This document shows, piece after piece, positions 37,101-46,494 of a stretch of DNA of 64,000 bases. Source of the DNA: an uncultured virus (IMG/VR IMGVR_UViG_3300012665_000884) (taxonomy: Duplodnaviria > Heunggongvirae > Uroviricota > Caudoviricetes). The notes beneath the pieces are model-generated. The model was not told where the DNA came from. It ran no database searches and saw nothing but the letters and a program-made list of their open reading frames with translations. Each line of letters begins with the position of its first letter. The stretch's first letter is position 1. Where the stretch lies: the IMG/VR virus record IMGVR_UViG_3300012665_000884. One strand, written 5' to 3'. The translations under genes were made by a program, and so were the position numbers.

Positions 37101-39865
37101 TATCAACTGCTAACACAAATCTCAAGAATTACGCTGACGTTACGGTATCAACTGCTAACACAAATCTCAAGAATTATGTTGACACTGCTAATACAGATTT
37201 AAAGAATTACGCTGACGTTACGGTATCAACTGCTAACACAAATCTGAAGAATTATACAGATGTTACAGTATCAACTGCTAACACTAATCTGAAAAATTAC
37301 ACAGATGTTACAGTATCGACAGCTAACACAAATCTTAAAAATTATACAGATGTTCTCGTATCCACTGCTAACACTAATTTAAAGAACTATGTTGATGTAG
37401 GTGTTGCAACAGGTCAAGCAAACGTTGGATCATCGTTTATTGCAACAACACTTGCGTATCAAGCGAACGTAGGTGCAACCAGAATTGCAACGTTCAATCA
37501 TGCCGATAATGCATACAACAAAGCAAACGTTGGCGGTGATTTCTCAGGTTTTGTTAACGTTGCTTCAAACGTTAGAGTTGGTTCATACATTGATTTAAAT
37601 ACTGCTCCAAGTAAACCTACGAATGTTGAGGGTAGAATATTCTATGATAATGACCAAAAAGCATTAAGTTATTATAACGAATCCAACATGACTTTACAGA
37701 TTGGTCAAGAATCTGTTGTTCGTGTTTGGAACAACACAGGTTCTACCATATCTGATGGTAAAGCAGTTTACATTAATGGATCATCATCATCTAATGGCTT
37801 CCCTAGTATTGCATTGGCAAACTCTGCGATATATGAATCTTCAGAAGTTATTGGTCTAACAACTACTGTTATTCCTCACACAGGTTATGGATATGTAACA
37901 TCATCAGGTAAAGTTAATGGACTAGATACGCACTTAATCACAGAAGGTGAAGAAATCTACTTGTCTGCTACTGACCCAGGTGGTTGGACAACAACTCCTG
38001 CTGCCTCACCTGCCGCACCAGTTCGTTTGGGTATTGTTGCAAATTCTGATTTGACTGATGGATCAATTTTAGTTGATATTACATTCCGCGAAGGTGTAAA
38101 TAAAACAACTGGTGCTATTCTATTTGCATTCGATAATACTATTCATGAAGACCCATCAAACCTTTACTATGACCACGCAAATCATAGATTGGGTATTGGT
38201 ACAAATCTACCAACAGCAAACTTGCACGTTTCTGGTGATGCACTATTTACTGGTAACGTACAGATTCAAGGTAATCTAATTATCAGTAACGCACAATCAA
38301 TTTCCACAACAACACTAGCCGTTGGTGGTAATTTAATTGTAATGAATGATACCACTGTAGGAATTCCTGTATCCAATGCAGAGATTCGTGTTAACCGTGG
38401 AAGTTCAGCGAACGTTTATATTAAATGGGACGAGACACAAGAAGAGTGGATTATGTACGAAGGTACATATACCTCTGGTCACATTCTACATTCAGAGAAA
38501 ACGGCACACACATGGGCAGAGTATACTGCCATGCCAACTTATGAAAAGTTGACACACCCTATTGGTGCTGACTTGGCGAATTCCATTAATGAAATCGCCA
38601 AGACTGCATTTAATCAGGCTAACACAGGATTAGGAATCGCAGTTGCTGGTTTTGGACAAGCGAACTTGGCATATGATGCCGCTAACACAGCAGTAACAAC
38701 AGGTCAAGCCAACGTAGGTGCTGGACTGATTGCTACCACAAACGCTTATCAAGCCAACGTAGGTGCTGGATTAATTACAGCTAAGTCTACATCGGAAGCA
38801 AACGTAGGTGCTGGATTAATCACTACCACAAATGCTTATCAAGCCAACGTAGGTGCTGGATTAATCACAGCTAAGTCTACATGGGAAGCCAATGTTGGCG
38901 TTGAAGTTGCCGCACGTGAAGCTAACGTAGGTGCTGGATTAATTACTACCACAAGTGCTTATCAAGCAAACGTAGGTGCAGGATTAATTACAGAAGTTGC
39001 CGCACGCCAAGCAAACGTTGGTGCTGGACTAATTACTACAACACTTGGTTATCAAGCAAACGTAGGTGCAGTAAATATTGGACTGAATAGTGAAATCACT
39101 AACAGACAGGCAAACGTAGGCGCAGGATTAATTACTACCACAAGTGCATATCAAGCCAACGTTGGCGCAGGATTAATCACCGCTAAATCTACATCGGAAG
39201 CAAACGTTGGTGCAGCCAGAATTGCTGTTACAAATGCTTATCAAGCAAACGTTGGTGCAGTAAATATTGCGTTGAACAGCGAAATCACTAACAGACAGGC
39301 AAACGTTGGTGCTGGATTAATTACTACCACAAGTGCATATCAGGCAAACGTAGGTGCTGGATTAATCACATCTAAATCTACATCAGAAGCAAACGTTGGT
39401 GCAGGACTAATTACAGTAACTTCAGCTTATCAAGCAAACGTTGGTGCAGTAAATATTGCAAAGGTTAATAAATCTGGTGATGTAATGTCTGGCACATTGC
39501 AAGCAGAAGCATTTATTTCCAACACAAGTATCTCTGTTGGCGGAACAAATTATGCCGCACTATCATCAAATACATTCACCACAAGTTCAACATCACAAGT
39601 CTCGGTAGATTCTTTTAGTACATCTACATATAGAGGTGCAAAATATTTTGCACAAATGACCTCTGGTTCAAGTTATCACATTATTGAGTTGAATGTTGTA
39701 CATGACGGCACAACAGTTTACTTAGCACAATACGGCGAAATATTTACAGGTTCATCATTAGGAACATTTAATGCATCTATCACATCAGGTGTTTTGAATT
39801 TGTTGTTTACTGCAACAAACTCTATTACGACTGTAAAATTGATGCGAACATCCATTGTGGTATAA
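34184..39865 (+). CDS. very long tail-fibre/adhesin-like protein with coiled-coil repeat blocks
   Basis: 1893 aa from GTG; IQLKR..LSYGELALNYNDGKLYYK module; 7-, 11- and 15-residue repeats; C-terminal DSF..YRGAKY..HDG..QYG domain. Confidence 0.8.
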   Translation: MANTVILLKYSVVTEKPTSLNTAEPAYSDVTDVLWIGDNTGVVAIGGKAYTQIVDARTANNTSNTLVLRNTSGNFAANVITANLTGRFTNARNIALSGKVTGNADFDGSQNITITTELLDTAVTPGSYGSTTKIPTFSVDVDGRLTYAANVDVATTFSYAADNGTGSLSLLTDSFIIKGGDGISSVGVDANNTVILDVDSTVVKTDRSSQTINGDIAITGNLIVSGNTITQDVETIRTEDSLIQLANNNLGDALDIGFYGQYTNSGTKYAGLIRDASDGNFKLFVGETTDPTSNVVSYGTENRATLETNITGGNVHTLYSAVLTTDGGTGIRTYATGDFIYASGTDTLSKLTKPSVPSILSMDSSGVPTWVDTLSVAEGGTGNTTFTSNQVVIGNGTSALSTLVSSTQGHILQVNGSGQASYGHLNGNTTIIQLKRYPDYGVIPAAANLSYGELALNYNDGKLYYKNADGTTVKMVKTEADPGGNTTEVQFNTNSDFDGSANFTYTKATDTLNILNLNVSNNAEAQHIIVHDKLYAGIATQSATPLPNLIAQFTSNSSTYTQVNQQNISPNGSADFVITADVGDDEKFYTDLGMAGSQYNFYEGYETPFEPLTGYFLVQGNTGQVGGNMIIGTTTPSTNIRFLVGGFENANVILNLDESGLDIVRGELTSATTTRIFNVANAAFGQANAAFGQANNSFGVANSGFAQANNAFGHANNSYNRANSGFYQANIAYDSANSGFYQANIAYAHANAAFDAANAKLIFSNISANGTTLAADGGGDTLTITAATSNGIFINANSATDSFDIGLLVTGVSAGYYGAADKIATFNVGTDGRIISASNVQIDVATAQKAYNQANSAFDAANTANSFNRANTGASIIQTTLAYQANVGAGRIADTLAYQANVGAGDIVVTNAYQANVGSARIADSAAAQANTGAALISAKSYTDTANTDLKNYTDVLVSTANTNLKNYTDVTVSTANTNLKNYADVTVSTANTNLKNYVDTANTDLKNYADVTVSTANTNLKNYTDVTVSTANTNLKNYTDVTVSTANTNLKNYTDVLVSTANTNLKNYVDVGVATGQANVGSSFIATTLAYQANVGATRIATFNHADNAYNKANVGGDFSGFVNVASNVRVGSYIDLNTAPSKPTNVEGRIFYDNDQKALSYYNESNMTLQIGQESVVRVWNNTGSTISDGKAVYINGSSSSNGFPSIALANSAIYESSEVIGLTTTVIPHTGYGYVTSSGKVNGLDTHLITEGEEIYLSATDPGGWTTTPAASPAAPVRLGIVANSDLTDGSILVDITFREGVNKTTGAILFAFDNTIHEDPSNLYYDHANHRLGIGTNLPTANLHVSGDALFTGNVQIQGNLIISNAQSISTTTLAVGGNLIVMNDTTVGIPVSNAEIRVNRGSSANVYIKWDETQEEWIMYEGTYTSGHILHSEKTAHTWAEYTAMPTYEKLTHPIGADLANSINEIAKTAFNQANTGLGIAVAGFGQANLAYDAANTAVTTGQANVGAGLIATTNAYQANVGAGLITAKSTSEANVGAGLITTTNAYQANVGAGLITAKSTWEANVGVEVAAREANVGAGLITTTSAYQANVGAGLITEVAARQANVGAGLITTTLGYQANVGAVNIGLNSEITNRQANVGAGLITTTSAYQANVGAGLITAKSTSEANVGAARIAVTNAYQANVGAVNIALNSEITNRQANVGAGLITTTSAYQANVGAGLITSKSTSEANVGAGLITVTSAYQANVGAVNIAKVNKSGDVMSGTLQAEAFISNTSISVGGTNYAALSSNTFTTSSTSQVSVDSFSTSTYRGAKYFAQMTSGSSYHIIELNVVHDGTTVYLAQYGEIFTGSSLGTFNASITSGVLNLLFTATNSITTVKLMRTSIVV
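37019..37392 (+). repeat. 45-bp coding tandem repeats (ANTNLKNYTDVTVST)
   Basis: About 9 visible copies, one shortened to 11 aa. Confidence 0.9.
38703..39450 (+). repeat. imperfect ~45-bp coding repeats (YQANVGAGLITTTSA)
   Basis: More than 15 ANVG units; related units also at about 36830-36940. Confidence 0.9.
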
Positions 39866-39867
39866 TT

Positions 39868-41766
39868 ATGGGAAGCGTCACTTTTTATTCTGGAATCACT
39901 ATCCGTGGCGGACTTACATTGCCAGCCACGGACTCGGGTGGGGGCGGTGATTCAATCCCCACACCAAACTCTATTGTAGTTGCTACAGTAACTACCGAGG
40001 GATCATATACTTATTATGGTGCAATAAGTCTTACTGGCGCATATTATCAGGTGCCAATAGGTGATTTTGGCACGATAACAAGCGAACCCATTTATGCGCT
40101 TTATTATGAGACAAATGGCATCGGTCCCTACTACACTAATCGAACTAATATCTTGATGAGGGGTGGAAATTATACTGGATTCAGCGTTCTTAACGGCCGC
40201 ATTGACAGTGACCAAGCATCATATCCGAAAATTTTTACAATAGACGGAACAAACTATACATTTAAGTATAATGGTGACGGCGTGTACTCATTACCCGATG
40301 ATCCTGCGTCATTAGGAACTAAAATTGGAGACACCGTAACACTTGTTTATGATCCAGCTATTCAAATATCATTAACACCAAACACAATGATTGTTGATTC
40401 ATACGTACAAAGCTCAACTACCTACTACGGCGCAAGTAAAATAAGTAATCCAATATATGGAACAATCGTCAGTGACTACTTTCAATCTGTTGAATATGAT
40501 GGATCAAGCACTATAATCTATCTTGCAAACGGAACTTATACTGGATTTAGTGTAACTGGCGGCTGCATTGATAGTGACGTTTCGGGGTCAACTAGAATTT
40601 TTACAATCGGAGGTGTTGATGCAACACTTACTGCCAGCGGCGGGGGCAATAATCTTAATTATGTTGTATATGGCAATCCATTCAATCTACAATCAAGTGT
40701 TGGACAAACGATCACGATTGAGTATGATCCTGCCGCGCAGGGCGGCGGCGGTGCAGGTGAATTAGTTTCAGGTACTATTACTGTAGGTAATCAATACGGT
40801 GTATATTACGGATGGCAGTCAGGCCAGTTCGGCGACTCAACATTATCAATGATGGGTCCAGTGATAGGAATTAAGTATGATGCTAGTTTCCAAAGAACAG
40901 AAATTTTATTCTTAACAGGCACTTATGGTACTGTAGTTATTACTAACACCACAGTCGATGATGAAACTTCTGTTACTGTTGTAATCGACGGAATAACAGA
41001 AACACTTGAAATGGACCCGAACGGATACGGCGTTGCACGTATTGCAGGTGATGTTTTCAGCTTACAGAGTAAATTTGGACAAACATTAAATGTTTCAGTA
41101 ACACCTGGCGTGCCACCAGCAGAATTTGTTCCTGGAACCACATATACGTATAGCACTGATTACAATTATGGAGGCATGTCAATTAATGGAACTACGAGTG
41201 AATATCAAATTAGAATTTCATCTTTCTCTTGGTATCAAAGTGCTGGGTATGATGCATTAGTTGCGTTGACTACAGGAGACCAGTTCCAGGTTTATAGTTA
41301 TCTCGACCCTGGTCCTGATTCAGGCAATTCATTAATCACGCTAACAAGTTCGTTCACTAACCAAGGTCCTTACTATCAAGCGACGGCAACGGCATCAGTT
41401 GCACTACAATCATATGGTGTGACACCACAAAAAATCACACTAGACGGTGGCGGCGGCGGAGGCGGTGGCGGTGGTACAACATACACATCAAGTGGTAACT
41501 GGATGTCTAGTAACTTTTACTTGTCCGGCCCAAGTTGGCAAGTTAATTTGTACTTGAGTAATGCGAACGCTGGTTTGGTTTCAGCATTGAATGCCTTGAC
41601 TATGGGATCGTCTATTTCATTATCTGACGGCATCAATAATGTAACGGTAACAGTGGACAGTCTTAGTGGATTGCCATACAATAATAACAGTTATGTGGCA
41701 ATATATGTTAGCAGTCCACCACCAGGAACACCGAGCATGCCTGGTATTAGTAGCATAACTTTATAA
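39868..41766 (+). CDS. multi-domain Gly/Tyr/Thr-rich adhesin-like protein
   Basis: 632 aa, three related ~125-aa domains (YYG..; G.T..I.YDPA) and poly-Gly linkers. Confidence 0.65.
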   Translation: MGSVTFYSGITIRGGLTLPATDSGGGGDSIPTPNSIVVATVTTEGSYTYYGAISLTGAYYQVPIGDFGTITSEPIYALYYETNGIGPYYTNRTNILMRGGNYTGFSVLNGRIDSDQASYPKIFTIDGTNYTFKYNGDGVYSLPDDPASLGTKIGDTVTLVYDPAIQISLTPNTMIVDSYVQSSTTYYGASKISNPIYGTIVSDYFQSVEYDGSSTIIYLANGTYTGFSVTGGCIDSDVSGSTRIFTIGGVDATLTASGGGNNLNYVVYGNPFNLQSSVGQTITIEYDPAAQGGGGAGELVSGTITVGNQYGVYYGWQSGQFGDSTLSMMGPVIGIKYDASFQRTEILFLTGTYGTVVITNTTVDDETSVTVVIDGITETLEMDPNGYGVARIAGDVFSLQSKFGQTLNVSVTPGVPPAEFVPGTTYTYSTDYNYGGMSINGTTSEYQIRISSFSWYQSAGYDALVALTTGDQFQVYSYLDPGPDSGNSLITLTSSFTNQGPYYQATATASVALQSYGVTPQKITLDGGGGGGGGGGTTYTSSGNWMSSNFYLSGPSWQVNLYLSNANAGLVSALNALTMGSSISLSDGINNVTVTVDSLSGLPYNNNSYVAIYVSSPPPGTPSMPGISSITL

Positions 41767-41807
41767 CACTAAATAAAACATAAACACAACCACGGGGAAA
41801 ATGAACC

Positions 41808-44153
41808 TTGGCTACTAATTCGAATTTTGTCGTTAAAAATGGACTGACCGTAGGAAGTACGGCTGTCATCAATTCATCTGGTGTGTGGATTGGGTCACCG
41901 ACAGGTCTTTCTGGACCACAAGGACCACAGGGCGCACAAGGTTCAACAGGACCACAAGGCTCTGCTGGGCCGCAAGGCGCACAAGGAACACAAGGGGCAC
42001 AAGGCACTATAGGACCTCAAGGCGCACAAGGTCCTACTGGCGTACAAGGCTCGACAGGACCAACAGGACCACAAGGCGCACAAGGCGGATTAGGACCAAC
42101 GGGTCCCACAGGTCCCACAGGTCCAACGGGACCACAAGGTGCTACTGGTCCACAGGGCGCACAAGGCGCACAAGGTAATTCAGTAACAGGACCAACAGGA
42201 CCACAAGGCGCACAGGGCGCACAAGGACCAGCAGGTCCACAAGGTGCACAAGGAGGAACTGGACCAACAGGTCCGCAAGGCGCTCAAGGTAACTCAGTAA
42301 CTGGTCCTCAAGGCGCCCAAGGTAACTCAGTAACTGGTCCACAGGGCGCACAAGGACCCACAGGACCACAGGGCGCACAAGGACCATCAGGATCTCCGTT
42401 CGCGGGAGGTACTTTCACCGGCAACATAAAAATAAATCCACAGTCTGAATCATGGGGTGAGGGTATACAGTTCTATATGCCAACATCTGCAACTTGGGGC
42501 GGTGTGCGTTGGGTAAGAAATAGAACTAACTATCATGGAAGTTGGTATGAAGGATATATAGGAGCAGATTCGACTGACGATCTTGTTTTTGGATGCAACA
42601 ACGCAGGTGCACAAATTGATAATGTGTTGCGTTTATACAATAGTGCATCAGGTAATGCTAGAATTGGTCGTGATTTGTATGTGTTTGGCAATACAGGTGG
42701 ATCTTATGGCAATAGATTGATTGTCGGTGCCACATCAACATCATTTACATCACAAGACACCAACGTTCGTCCTACAGTTCAAATACACGGACAATATCCT
42801 GTATTGTCCCTAAATCACACAATTACAACAAACACAAATCACGGTCCAACGATCCAGTTTACAGCTAACGGTACAGGCAATCAATTTGTGATTGGCATGA
42901 CAGGTAACGGCGCCGCATTAAGTATGGGCTTCAGTTCATCGGCCGATTGGAATCCACATAATGGTATTAGTGGATACAGCGGCACATCATACTTTCATGC
43001 GATGACCAGTGGTTATATCGGTCTTGGTGCTAACGGTAATTGGGGTGGTACTGGTGGAGGTAATCCAGGTTATCACCTACACTTCAAAGGAAGTAATAAT
43101 GCGACTGGCGGTTATTCTGCCGTATTTGAGAACACCGTTACTGGAGCAAATAATGGTGGTGGTGTTCTATTCCAAAACAACCACAGCAATCACTCTTGGG
43201 GTACTGTTGCAGAGTTGAGAACAGCAACAGGTAATGGTGGCGGAGATAGACCTTCATTACTATTCTCTTCAGATAAAGGAAATACTTCATGGTCTGTTGG
43301 ATATGTAACTGGAGATAATGACCAATTTCGCATAACACGAAATCATGGTCACAGAGCATACAGCGGTGGATGGAGTGATGTTGGTGGTGGTTGGGGATCA
43401 GTAGCACTACGAATCGACACATCATCGAATGTTTTTAGTGACGTTTCAAGTCGTGCGCCCGTCTTCTATGATTCAGATGATGCCGCATGGTACACTAATC
43501 CGGCTGGCACATCTCGTATGCGCAATATTGACGTATGTAGTATTGCATACACAGCGGCTTATTACGATGCGGCTATCGAAGTTCGTGAATATAACATGGA
43601 AGGAGCAGGTGATGACACATGGCAACGTGCTCCACGAATTGGTTTCCATTGGGGTGGCCGCGTAGCAAGTTCGTTCGCAATGTCATCTAATGGATGGTTG
43701 AACGTAATGAACAACCCCGGAACAGGATTCGAATCGTTACGATGTTCTGATTTTTATGCAACAGGCAACATCACTGCTTACTACTCTGATATTAGATTGA
43801 AAACTATATTAGGACCAATTACAAATGCACTAAAATCTTTAATGAAGATTGAGACATTTAAATATGTACATAATGATATTGCAAGAGAAAATGGATTTAC
43901 AGATGATGATGTACAGATTGGTGTGTCAGCACAATCAGTGGAACAAGTCTTGCCAGAAGTTGTCAAACATGCTCCATTTGATATGCAATCATTAGATGGA
44001 AAAATTGTAAGTAAAACTGGTGAATGGTATAAAACTGTGCAATATGATAGATTAGTTCCACTTCTCATTGAAGCAATCAAAGAACAACAACAACAAATTG
44101 AAGAACAACAAAAACAAATTAATGCTTTGAAAGACATAATACATGGCGACTAA
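41808..44153 (+). CDS. collagen-like tail fibre 1 with C-terminal S74 chaperone
   Basis: TTG start; [10 protein letters not shown] head; Gly-X-Y run at about 41913-42392; YYSDIRLK chaperone. Confidence 0.88.
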   Translation: MATNSNFVVKNGLTVGSTAVINSSGVWIGSPTGLSGPQGPQGAQGSTGPQGSAGPQGAQGTQGAQGTIGPQGAQGPTGVQGSTGPTGPQGAQGGLGPTGPTGPTGPTGPQGATGPQGAQGAQGNSVTGPTGPQGAQGAQGPAGPQGAQGGTGPTGPQGAQGNSVTGPQGAQGNSVTGPQGAQGPTGPQGAQGPSGSPFAGGTFTGNIKINPQSESWGEGIQFYMPTSATWGGVRWVRNRTNYHGSWYEGYIGADSTDDLVFGCNNAGAQIDNVLRLYNSASGNARIGRDLYVFGNTGGSYGNRLIVGATSTSFTSQDTNVRPTVQIHGQYPVLSLNHTITTNTNHGPTIQFTANGTGNQFVIGMTGNGAALSMGFSSSADWNPHNGISGYSGTSYFHAMTSGYIGLGANGNWGGTGGGNPGYHLHFKGSNNATGGYSAVFENTVTGANNGGGVLFQNNHSNHSWGTVAELRTATGNGGGDRPSLLFSSDKGNTSWSVGYVTGDNDQFRITRNHGHRAYSGGWSDVGGGWGSVALRIDTSSNVFSDVSSRAPVFYDSDDAAWYTNPAGTSRMRNIDVCSIAYTAAYYDAAIEVREYNMEGAGDDTWQRAPRIGFHWGGRVASSFAMSSNGWLNVMNNPGTGFESLRCSDFYATGNITAYYSDIRLKTILGPITNALKSLMKIETFKYVHNDIARENGFTDDDVQIGVSAQSVEQVLPEVVKHAPFDMQSLDGKIVSKTGEWYKTVQYDRLVPLLIEAIKEQQQQIEEQQKQINALKDIIHGD

Positions 44154-46485
44154 TTCAAACTTTGTCGTTAAGAACGGACTAACAGTTGGCAGCACAGCAG
44201 TCATTAATTCAAGTGGCGCTTGGGTAGGGTCACCTACTGGTTTGATTGGTCCACAGGGCGCACAAGGTGCTACGGGTTCCACTGGTCCCACAGGTGCGCA
44301 AGGTCCAACAGGTGCGCAAGGTCCTGCGGGCGGCACAGGACCAACCGGTCCAGCTGGACCACAGGGCGCACAAGGCGTAAATGGACCAACGGGTCCTCAA
44401 GGACCTCAAGGCGCACAAGGAACAACAGGTAGTTCAGGGCCAACCGGTCCCACTGGACCAACAGGATCAATCGGACCACAAGGTGCTACAGGACCACAAG
44501 GCGCACAGGGAGGGCAAGGACCTACTGGTCCGCAAGGCGCACAAGGTAACTCAGTAACGGGTCCACAGGGCGCACAGGGTCCTACTGGTCCGCAAGGGGC
44601 ATCAGGATCTCCGTTTGGTGGTGGCACTTTCACAGGCAACGTACTTTTTGCTAATGCATCAAGTCCATATAGTAACTACATTCAGTTCGGCGACAACACA
44701 GGTTGGAACTTTCGGTTCATGACCAGCGTATCTGGTACTCCAACCACACGTTTTACTTTTGGTGATACCGGCAACTTTTCTGCTGTAGGTACGGTGTCTG
44801 CTACTAATCACATTGGAGCTGGTACAGGTTTGACTGGCACGGCTTCTGGATTGTCTATTGGCGGCAACGCATCTACGTCTACATCATCTCCCCTTTTATC
44901 TACGTTAAGCAACTACGCTTGGTCTCAAAGCACCCTGCCAAATAGTTACAACTTGGGAATTCAATCCGCTTTTGTTGGACCCGGTGGCGGTGAGGGCGCT
45001 TGGCAGAATTACGGTTCTGTAATGACTATGCGCACCTATCCAGGTGGCGGCGGTTCTTTACAAATGTATGTCCCCTATAGCCCCGGTAACGGCGGTACAG
45101 GGCTGCAAGTTCGCTTTGGCAACTACGAGGTATCAAGCGGAAATTCTTGGACTTCATGGAAGACACTGCTGGCCAGCGACAACTACACCTCTTATGCTTC
45201 ATCTACAACAGGAACAACCTCGGCATCATTTATAACCGCAGGTAACGCCTCATGGGGCGGTCGTATTCAGTTAGGAGGTAATGGCGGTAATTCTGGTTCG
45301 GCTTTGATTGCAATCGTTCAAGCGACTGATGGCAACTTGCACATGGACTCTGGTGTTGGCAAGGACATGTACCTCAACTACTACTCAGGGGCAAACGTTT
45401 ATTTTGGAAACGGCGCAGGTGGTGGTATTTTTGCGCGGGTTGCTAGTGACGGTTCTTTTCGGTCGCCCATTTTTTACGACTACAACGATACAGGTTACTA
45501 CGTTAATCCTGCTAGTACATCAAACCTTGCTGAAGTGTATGTTGCATCATCAACAGTTAGAATAGGTAAAACACACTCTGAAGGTGGAGAGATTAGGTTT
45601 CTTAACACTGCTCAAAACAATGGTGGTTACATACAAGGTTGGGATTCTGGATTAAGAACCGTTGACCATAATTGGACAACTACAACTTGGTCTATTGATA
45701 ACTCTGGAAATTCAATTGCTGTAGCGTCTCACCGCGCACCTATCTTCTACGACAGCAACAACACTGGGTACTACGTTGACCCTAACAGCGGTTCCTATCT
45801 TTACTCTTTGGTTTTATCTGGCAGTGCGTACTTCCGCCCGAACAGCTGGATTCAGATGGACGGGCAGTTTGGCATTTACTGGCCGAACCATTACTCTTTT
45901 CATCTTTACCCAAATGTTACTTCCACTTATACGCAGATGGTGATAGACGGCAGCAAAAACGGCTATAGCGGTACGTATATATCTCATAGCGGTGTTAATG
46001 GAATGATGTACGACGGTAGTGGTAACGGCGGCGTGTACCGTGAAGGAAACGGGCGCTGGTTTTGGTACCACAACGTTGGCGACAACTGCATGGGAATTGG
46101 TACATCCTCAACGTCTTCTTCATATGGCATCTACGTCATTAAAGGCGTCTATTCCGAAGGTAACGTTGTCGCTTACTCAGACGAGCGAGTAAAAACAAAC
46201 TGGCAAGATTATCCGGTTGATTTTGTTGAACAACTTGCCGAAGTAAAACACGGCACATACGACCGTACTGATCTGAAACTCACTCAAGACGGCGTGTCCG
46301 CGCAATCATTGCGCAACTTGCTTCCATACTCTGCACCAGAAGATGAGCATGGAAAGTTATCCGTAAACTACGGAGGTGCCGCTTTGGTTTCCGCTGTTGA
46401 ATTGGCTATTCGAGCAGTAGAACAAGATAAACGTATTACCGCTCTTGAGGCTACTCTTGATGCACTCTTGTCAAAATTTAAATAA
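44143..46485 (+). CDS. collagen-like tail fibre 2 with C-terminal S74 chaperone
   Basis: Same head; Gly-X-Y run at about 44248-44609; AYSDERVK chaperone. Confidence 0.88.
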   Translation: MATNSNFVVKNGLTVGSTAVINSSGAWVGSPTGLIGPQGAQGATGSTGPTGAQGPTGAQGPAGGTGPTGPAGPQGAQGVNGPTGPQGPQGAQGTTGSSGPTGPTGPTGSIGPQGATGPQGAQGGQGPTGPQGAQGNSVTGPQGAQGPTGPQGASGSPFGGGTFTGNVLFANASSPYSNYIQFGDNTGWNFRFMTSVSGTPTTRFTFGDTGNFSAVGTVSATNHIGAGTGLTGTASGLSIGGNASTSTSSPLLSTLSNYAWSQSTLPNSYNLGIQSAFVGPGGGEGAWQNYGSVMTMRTYPGGGGSLQMYVPYSPGNGGTGLQVRFGNYEVSSGNSWTSWKTLLASDNYTSYASSTTGTTSASFITAGNASWGGRIQLGGNGGNSGSALIAIVQATDGNLHMDSGVGKDMYLNYYSGANVYFGNGAGGGIFARVASDGSFRSPIFYDYNDTGYYVNPASTSNLAEVYVASSTVRIGKTHSEGGEIRFLNTAQNNGGYIQGWDSGLRTVDHNWTTTTWSIDNSGNSIAVASHRAPIFYDSNNTGYYVDPNSGSYLYSLVLSGSAYFRPNSWIQMDGQFGIYWPNHYSFHLYPNVTSTYTQMVIDGSKNGYSGTYISHSGVNGMMYDGSGNGGVYREGNGRWFWYHNVGDNCMGIGTSSTSSSYGIYVIKGVYSEGNVVAYSDERVKTNWQDYPVDFVEQLAEVKHGTYDRTDLKLTQDGVSAQSLRNLLPYSAPEDEHGKLSVNYGGAALVSAVELAIRAVEQDKRITALEATLDALLSKFK

Positions 46486-46494
46486 AGAAAATAG

